Source: the human T2T-CHM13v2.0 reference genome, Homo sapiens
Strand: one strand, 5' to 3'
NCBI RefSeq assembly: GCF_009914755.1
Contig: NC_060938.1
DNA: 64,000 nt
Part shown: piece by piece, positions 62,743 to 64,000 of the stretch
How positions within the stretch are numbered: position 1 is the first letter of the stretch
Layout: every line of letters starts with the position of its first letter
Translations under genes and position numbers: made by a program
Notes under the pieces: model-generated
Seen by the model: only the letters and a program-made list of their open reading frames with translations
What the model was told of the DNA's origin: nothing
Databases searched by the model: none

Positions 62743-63318
62743 GAGGAGTGCTCCCTAAAGCATTTCTGTCAGTATCTTAAAACCTTTCCCTTAAAATGAT
62801 GTGATGAGTTTGAGTTCAAAGATAACAATTTTTCCTAAACCACAAAAGTGGATTTGTTTTGTTTCTACGAACTCTGAAATACAACCCTTTTTGATCAACT
62901 ATACCCCCTGGGGAAGAAAGAACATTTGAAAGTGAACATACAGATTACTGATATACAATAGAAAACAAAACAGAACAATCCGAGGATTGTATGTATGTAA
63001 CATATGAAAAGATGACATTTGTTACATGGACAAAAGGAGCTTCTATAAATACACACTCTAGTATAAGCATTTCCCAAAATGTATTCAGCAAGTTTGAGAA
63101 ACAATAATATGCACATTGGCATATAAAAGTCACAATAAAGAAATCTATATACTTTTGTCTAGCTAATTGTCTTTCAAGTTTACCACATACAAGTCTTTTT
63201 TTTTTTTTTTCTGGACAAGTAATATTCCTACTGCTATATTCCAAGGAACTATTATTGCAAGCACATCATTATAGAAAACATTGCCTTACATGTTTAGAAA
63301 TTAATAAATTCTTATTAC

Positions 63319-63527
63319 CTGTTCTAGGTTCTTTCATTGGTCTACACACAGTCCACTGATTTTGATGAGGATCGTATCTTTCAATGCTGGACAAATGTGA
63401 GACTCCATTATGTCCACCCACCACAAAAATAAAGCCTAGCATGACACCCACGCCAAAGTGAATCCTTTTATCTGCCATGGATGCAACCATCTCCCAGGAG
63501 TCCTTACTTGGATCATAACGCTCCACA
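63319..63527 (-). CDS. KLHL28: KLHL28 penultimate coding exon (kelch repeats); the gene continues beyond the window
   Basis: VERYDPSKDSWEMVASMADKRIHFGVGVMLGFIFVVGGHNGVSHLSSIERYDPHQNQWTVCRPMKEPRT. AG/GT boundaries are phase-compatible with the last exon. Confidence 0.92.
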
Positions 63528-63764
63528 CTGCAAATATTTAAAAAAAATTTAATTTACAGATCTTTTGTGTCATTCTTCCTGTCAAAGCAAAACTAAAACC
63601 CACTACAGCTTTAAAAGTTCACATAATAGAGAGATATTAAACAAGAGTAGTCTGCCACAAATGCTTAGGTTTTGCTGATAAGATTGCAAAGATAAAAGCT
63701 TACCTTGTAAACAAGGTGCAATTCCATATGCTATTCCATTATATTGTGCAAGCGGCAAAGTATA

Positions 63765-63970
63765 TTAAGAGCATAGAACTTGGAGTCAGAAGACCTGGGT
63801 TCAAGTACTAATTCTGTATACCTAGGGCTGAACGAACCTTAACCCTACTGCTGTGGATTTGTGTAATCCTGAATAAGTCATTTCCTCTCACCTGCAAAAA
63901 TGAGGATAGTGCAACCTGAAGGGATTCATATAAGAATAAAGTCAAATGAGTATGCACGTGACTTTGAAAA
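63765..63970 (+). mobile_element. MIR
   Basis: tggagtcagaagacctgggttcaagt...cctgcaaaaatgaggatagt. Confidence 0.75.
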
Positions 63971-64000
63971 CCACTAACTGAATACAGACTTTTTTTTTTT

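Overview
Repeat-rich human (primate) genomic DNA. I recognise it as the C14orf28 (DORIP1)-KLHL28 locus on chr14q21. The complete C14orf28 gene is on the + strand: a CpG-island promoter and non-coding exon 1 at about 29.0-29.8 kb, four coding exons from 32395 to 37509 giving 310 aa, and a 3'UTR to about 39.2 kb. It converges on the last two coding exons and the ~4.7 kb 3'UTR of KLHL28 (- strand). Upstream are processed pseudogenes of DDA1 and RRAGA, an ERVL remnant, an internally deleted L1PA and a near full-length L1MA. There are about 28 Alus, several solo LTRs (including a CpG-rich LTR12) and a 1.5 kb palindromic RY minisatellite. The main hunt result is that the reconstructed C14orf28 protein, usually listed as uncharacterised, carries USP-fold motifs in the correct order: Cys box C57, a four-Cys zinc site and His box H265/D280. 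This suggests a compact, divergent ubiquitin/UBL protease, and its mRNA leader has a stacked uORF plus a poly-Arg overlapping uORF. Other findings include two L1 3' transductions, a chimeric Alu without TSDs and an apparent templated insertion. Repeat subfamily names are from recognition by eye and should be confirmed with RepeatMasker.
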